From positions 1,367 through 65,366 of the forward strand of contig JAJCZM010000046.1 in the NCBI GenBank assembly GCA_029262375.1: a stretch of 64,000 nt of DNA, in the 5' to 3' direction. The position numbers were made by a program, and so were the translations under genes. The notes beneath the pieces are model-generated. The model worked only from the letters and a program-made list of their open reading frames with translations, was not told where the DNA came from and did no database searches. Of this stretch, positions 60,021 through 64,000 are shown piece by piece (the first letter of the stretch is position 1; each line of letters begins with the position of its first letter). Source of the stretch: Deltaproteobacteria bacterium (GTDB lineage Bacteria; Desulfobacterota; Binatia; UBA1149; SPBQ01).

Positions 60021-62639
60021 TTAGTCGACCGGCGCGAGACAAGCCATGGCGCTGCACACATCTACAACCGCACCGCCCGTCTTCAGGAACTCCGATTTCT
60101 GCGTGCGCGCTGCCGGCTGGCGTCGCGGGCACTCGTGCGGATCGGAACCATGGTTCATCGCACACAGCTGAAGATCGGCCCATTCGGGATCGGCAGGAAC
60201 AATCGTGCTCGGCTCGATGTTACCGATCGGAGGCGCCGGGTTGCCGCTGTCATAGATGACGAGCGCAGAGCCGTCATACGGGTACGACGTGATCGGCGGG
60301 ATGTCGTAGTACGGAGTCACCTCGGGCACGACCTTGCCGACCGACAGCGTCGGCGTATGAATCAGCGCGCCCGTCGAGCGGGCCGCGATCTCTGCCGTCA
60401 CCGGCGCGACCTGATGATCGCCGAACGCCACTTGGGAGAGCAGCTTCTTCGCCGGCGTGCCGGGGTACGGATCCGCAGTCACGTGATTGATGTGCCCGCT
60501 CGGATCGGTGCGGTCCCACAGGATCTGCGCGGTGGCAAACAGCACGCTGCGATCGAGCGAGCTCGGATAGGCATTGGCAAGCGTCACACCGAACGCGCTG
60601 AAATCAACGCTTCGGTTGAGCAGCGTGCTGTAGTTGATGCCGGGTACGCCGAGCACGAACCGCTCGATGTCTTGAGAGATGGCAGCCAACACACCGCCGA
60701 GGATGCCTCCTTGGCTGTTACCGTCATAGAAGAGTTCGCTCGGATCGATGACCGACTGACCGCCGACCTGGAACGCCGGGTCGCTGGCGAAACCGGAGAG
60801 GTGCGTCATCAAACGACCGAGAAATTGGAAATTGAGGACGCCCTGGTGCTGCCGATCGATGAACGCCGGGAACGCCGAGAAGTTATTGAGAATACCGAGC
60901 ACAACCAACGTGTCTTCGTTGGCGAAGCCCGTCCAATCCGTGCCGCACATCACGAAGTTGTGCTCGCTCGAGAAATCGCGAACGTGACTGGAACTGGTCT
61001 GGCCGCCCGTACCCAGCAGACCGTGACCGTACAGTGACGGACGCGCGGGAACCGCGGGTGCGAAGCCGCCGGTCGTCGCGGCGTAAGGGATGATGCAGCG
61101 ATAGGTCGCGGTGAAGAAGTCCCCCGTGTTAAACGGCACCTGATCATCGTCCACGCGCAACGTCGATCCCGGAACACCGCCGAGGGTCATATAGAGAGGC
61201 ACCTGATAGGTCCCCTCGACCATACGGAAGATGTTGGCGTCGAGCGGTTCGGTGATCGTGTCTACGGTGAAGGCCGGCGCCGCTGCGCCCAAGATGTTGT
61301 CGAAAGCGTCGTCGCGCATCGCCAGGTGGCGACTCGACGTGCTCTCGTCGCTCTGCGTGGTGAAATCCCAAGCCAGGTAGAGATCGCCGCGCGTGATGCC
61401 GAAGCCTTCGAGCGTCGTGAAGAGCTCTTCCATATGCGCACGGTGCGCTTCGACCGGCACGAGACCGGTGGGAGTATTGTCGCGATAGGCCGCAAACGTG
61501 GGGCTCGATGCCAACGTCACACCGCCGGCGTCTTTCACGCCGCGCATCGCAACGATGTAACGACGACCGTTGATGAGATTCTTGCCGACTCGACCAATGA
61601 GTGCCTGATCGGCGGCCGTCGCGCCGCGCTGATCACGTTCCATCCAGATCAGCTGCTGATCGCCGGTAAGCGCATCGACCAGCACGACCGGAGCGCTCGG
61701 AACGAGCGAAGCCGCCAGGTCGGTGATCGGAGTTGCGCCCGTCATGGCCAGATCGACGTCTTCGTTCGCGGTCAGTAGCATCGGGCCGATGCTGAAGCCG
61801 TCGGCAAGATTCCATTGATCGGGAAGGACCGGATCGCCCGAATCGTTGGCCGGTAGCGCGCCCGGTCCGAAGTTGAGTCGACGACCGCTCGGCGTACTCG
61901 TATCGGGAAGGCTGAAGTAATCGTTGGGGAACGGGAAGAGGCAGCGCGTGTCGTCGGTGGGATCGCAGATCGAAGCAACCGACGACGGGATTTGATCGAC
62001 GGCGGCATCGGCGAACGCCGCGTCGCTGTAACCGGTGAGCGCTGAGAGATCCACACAGAGCTTGCCCAGCTTGGCAGTGGCCTTGGCGGCGAGCTTGGCG
62101 ATGTCGGCCTGCACGTCAACCGTGTCGCATGCGGCGCCGCCGCATTTGCCGAGCAGCTTGGCCCCCTTGCTGATGGTCTTGCCGGCTTCTTTGCCCGCCT
62201 TCTGCAGGCACTTCTTGCCGTCGGCATCGGCAGCCGTGTAGTTCGAGCCATCGGGAGCGAACGTGCGCTTGACGGCTGCAAGGGCATGCCGTTCGCAGAC
62301 ATCGTTCATGTGGTCGCTCAACTCGGTGGGCGTCAGCGGGCCGTAACCGGCCGCGGCAATCGTGGGCTCGTCGAAGCAAGCCTTTTCAATCTTCTTCTTG
62401 GATGCCGCGTAGGTCGCCGGAATTTTCGGATCGAAGATGCACGCCGCGTCGGTCTTCTTGTAGCATTTCACGTGAGTCCCGACGATTTTCTTCACGCACG
62501 ACGACGACGACTTCGCGATGGTCTGTCCGCATTTTACGTCGGGTGTGGTGGCGGCGTATGTCGCCGGCGCAGCGAGCGCGAGAGAAAGGCCCATGCCAAG
62601 CGCGAGCGAGAAGGAGAGCTTGAATCCATAGTGCGACAT
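60021..62639 (-). CDS. Large secreted putative serine hydrolase (alpha/beta fold) with Lys/Cys-rich helical N-terminal region
   Basis: Signal peptide MSHYGFKLSFSLALGMGLSLALAAPATYA. KC..I.K/KKC..K spacing occurs in the first ~200 aa. Nucleophile elbow FYDGNSQGGILGG. Candidate acid/His AFGDHQV. Start trimmed to ATG 62639. Confidence 0.6.
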   Translation of the reverse strand: MSHYGFKLSFSLALGMGLSLALAAPATYAATTPDVKCGQTIAKSSSSCVKKIVGTHVKCYKKTDAACIFDPKIPATYAASKKKIEKACFDEPTIAAAGYGPLTPTELSDHMNDVCERHALAAVKRTFAPDGSNYTAADADGKKCLQKAGKEAGKTISKGAKLLGKCGGAACDTVDVQADIAKLAAKATAKLGKLCVDLSALTGYSDAAFADAAVDQIPSSVASICDPTDDTRCLFPFPNDYFSLPDTSTPSGRRLNFGPGALPANDSGDPVLPDQWNLADGFSIGPMLLTANEDVDLAMTGATPITDLAASLVPSAPVVLVDALTGDQQLIWMERDQRGATAADQALIGRVGKNLINGRRYIVAMRGVKDAGGVTLASSPTFAAYRDNTPTGLVPVEAHRAHMEELFTTLEGFGITRGDLYLAWDFTTQSDESTSSRHLAMRDDAFDNILGAAAPAFTVDTITEPLDANIFRMVEGTYQVPLYMTLGGVPGSTLRVDDDQVPFNTGDFFTATYRCIIPYAATTGGFAPAVPARPSLYGHGLLGTGGQTSSSHVRDFSSEHNFVMCGTDWTGFANEDTLVVLGILNNFSAFPAFIDRQHQGVLNFQFLGRLMTHLSGFASDPAFQVGGQSVIDPSELFYDGNSQGGILGGVLAAISQDIERFVLGVPGINYSTLLNRSVDFSAFGVTLANAYPSSLDRSVLFATAQILWDRTDPSGHINHVTADPYPGTPAKKLLSQVAFGDHQVAPVTAEIAARSTGALIHTPTLSVGKVVPEVTPYYDIPPITSYPYDGSALVIYDSGNPAPPIGNIEPSTIVPADPEWADLQLCAMNHGSDPHECPRRQPAARTQKSEFLKTGGAVVDVCSAMACLAPVD

Positions 62640-62652
62640 GTCGATACCCCTT

Positions 62653-62685
62653 TGATCTGAAAATGATCTGAGAATGATCTGAAAA
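62653..62685 (-). promoter_or_regulatory. 11-bp direct repeat x3 in the leader of gene 60021-62639
   Basis: tgatctgaaaa tgatctgagaa tgatctgaaaa. This is an AT-rich patch ending 13 nt from the start codon. On the mRNA strand it reads TTTTCAGATCA x3 followed by AAGGGG. Confidence 0.5.
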
Positions 62686-63110
62686 CGTGTACCCGCGCAC
62701 AGGTGCGCCGGTTGGTCATCGAATATAGACCGGGAACCGCGCCGTTGCCCAGCCCTTTCCGTGCAGCCGATCCGGCTGTCCAGCCCAGAACGGACGAGTT
62801 GCGCAGCCGTGACGGCGAAAACGAGAGTGAGCCCCCCCGGGAGGGTGAACCGCGGGTCGAGGGAACGACCCAACATGCCCCGCACGGTCATCGCTCAGAT
62901 GCACCTTCATGACCTGGAACCGGGGGGTCGACCAGCCGCGCCATCGCACGCCGGCCGAGACACCGCGCTCGGCAACCTGACCGACTCGCTCGTTCCAGTT
63001 CCTGCACGCCCTCGCTTGTCCGCCTCGTGGACCGCGATATAGCTGGCTCTAAGCGTGTATTGCCAGGCCCGAATTGCCGGGCGGGCCGGCGCGCACGCCC
63101 CGGAGAGACC

Positions 63111-63863
63111 ATGGCACAAGAATCCCTGATCGCAGTATTCGTCGATTTCGAGAACGTCGCCATCGGTGCGAAAGACGCCAAAGTAGAATTCAAGGTGGAC
63201 CTGCTCATGCAGCGCCTGCTGCAAAAAGGGCGCGTCGTCTTCAAGCGCGCGTATTGCGACTGGAGTCGCTACCGCACTGCGGTGCGCGCGTTTCACGGCG
63301 CCGGCATCGAGTTGGTCGACATCCCGCAGAGCAAAATGAGCGGCAAGAACAGCGCCGACATCCGCATGGTCGTTGACGCGCTGGACCTCTGCTACGCAAA
63401 AGACCACATTGACACGTTCGCGCTGATTTCGGGCGATAGCGATTTCTCGCCGCTGGTCTCGAAGCTCAAAGAGAACGACAAGCGCGTCGTCGCATGCGGG
63501 CTGCGCAACTCGACGTCGGACCTCCTGATCAGCGGCTGCGACGAATTCATCTACTACGACGATCTGATTCGCGAAGAGAAACGCTCGAAGGCACCGCGCA
63601 AACGTGCACCGAAGACCACCGACAAGAAGCGCGAATGCATGGAGCGACTCTCGACCACCGTGACGTCGCTCATGGCCGACTACGATCCGGTGTGGGGGTC
63701 GCTGGTCAAGCAAACCATCAAACGCGTGTACCCGGGTTTCAGCGAGAGCTACTACGGCTACACGACGTTCGCCGACTTGCTCGAAGCGGCGGAGGCCGCC
63801 GGCATCATCAAATTGGAACTCGACGAGGCTCGCGGAAACTACAAGGTGAGCACGGCCGAGTAG
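63111..63863 (+). CDS. NYN (LabA-like) nuclease domain protein with C-terminal OST-HTH/LOTUS domain
   Basis: IAVFVDFENV...AYCDW...GKNSADIRMVVDALD...FALISGDSDFSPLVSKLKENDKRVV, then WGSLVKQTIKRVYPGFSESYYGYTTFADLLEAAEAAGIIKLE. Confidence 0.85.
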   Translation: MAQESLIAVFVDFENVAIGAKDAKVEFKVDLLMQRLLQKGRVVFKRAYCDWSRYRTAVRAFHGAGIELVDIPQSKMSGKNSADIRMVVDALDLCYAKDHIDTFALISGDSDFSPLVSKLKENDKRVVACGLRNSTSDLLISGCDEFIYYDDLIREEKRSKAPRKRAPKTTDKKRECMERLSTTVTSLMADYDPVWGSLVKQTIKRVYPGFSESYYGYTTFADLLEAAEAAGIIKLELDEARGNYKVSTAE

Positions 63864-64000
63864 CCGGCCGGCACAGTCTTCGTCGCAACCCTTGCACTAG
63901 CCGCCGCCCGCCTTTTTGGTGAGCCGGTGCGAACGAAGAACAATCCCATTCGACGACTGCTCGCTGCGCCGGCCATGCCGGCCACGCTTGCCACGCTTGC

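Noticed and set aside
59817-61037. 406-aa plus-strand ORF opposite the aldolase and large hydrolase genes
   Set aside because: The translation is Arg/Ala-rich and it spans two well-supported minus-strand genes.
62907-63713. 268-aa ORF antisense to the NYN-LOTUS gene
   Set aside because: The sense frame has full NYN and OST-HTH signatures. The antisense product is featureless.
63111-63863. NYN nuclease as the core of a defence or toxin-antitoxin system
   Set aside because: No adjacent partner (antitoxin, ATPase, methylase or similar) is visible within the window, and a single gene is insufficient evidence.
876-63998. Possibility that the short direct repeats represent a CRISPR array or a MITE-type mobile element
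   Set aside because: The copies are head-to-tail with no spacers, there are only 2-3 units at each site, the unit sequences are unrelated between loci, and there are no flanking inverted repeats or cas genes.
1-64000. Horizontally acquired island or prophage explaining the secreted-protein genes
   Set aside because: I saw no integrase, transposase, tRNA target, direct-repeat borders or obvious compositional break. The unusual genes are interleaved with ordinary metabolic genes of the same GC-rich codon style.

Overview
GC-rich bacterial chromosomal window with about 55 tightly packed protein genes. I found no rRNA, tRNA, CRISPR array, transposase, integrase or phage genes. The first ~35 kb is mostly ordinary: an edge-truncated selO that the ORF track misses, a TetR/diiron pair, a FIST protein with two paralogous histidine kinases, transporters, redox and detoxification enzymes (GSTs, SDR, AidB, MsrB, LLM oxidoreductase), a glycosyltransferase/methyltransferase/prenyltransferase-like operon and a four-gene tailoring operon. 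From ~35 kb onward the housekeeping genes are interspersed with large secreted, cysteine-rich modular proteins that reuse a small set of modules. A cysteine-bracketed dockerin-like module occurs in 4 proteins. Malectin-like domains occur in 2, and Thr-rich linkers in 4. Three kinds of Cys-rich repeat are present. An unassigned ~180-aa C-terminal domain ending FKAK(G/S)D is shared by an M23 peptidase and an unrelated Gly/Pro-rich protein. No cohesin-like partner is recognisable by eye. An SGNH-like/MBOAT O-acylation pair and several glycosyltransferases lie among these genes. My leading hypothesis is an undescribed Ca-dependent extracellular matrix or assembly system, and this is inference only. 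A second recurring oddity is short perfect tandem duplications (8-39 bp), several of which straddle stop codons. Family names come from motifs read by eye, since no database search was possible. Many starts were trimmed from the supplied ORF track using signal peptides, SD-like sequences and family N-termini.
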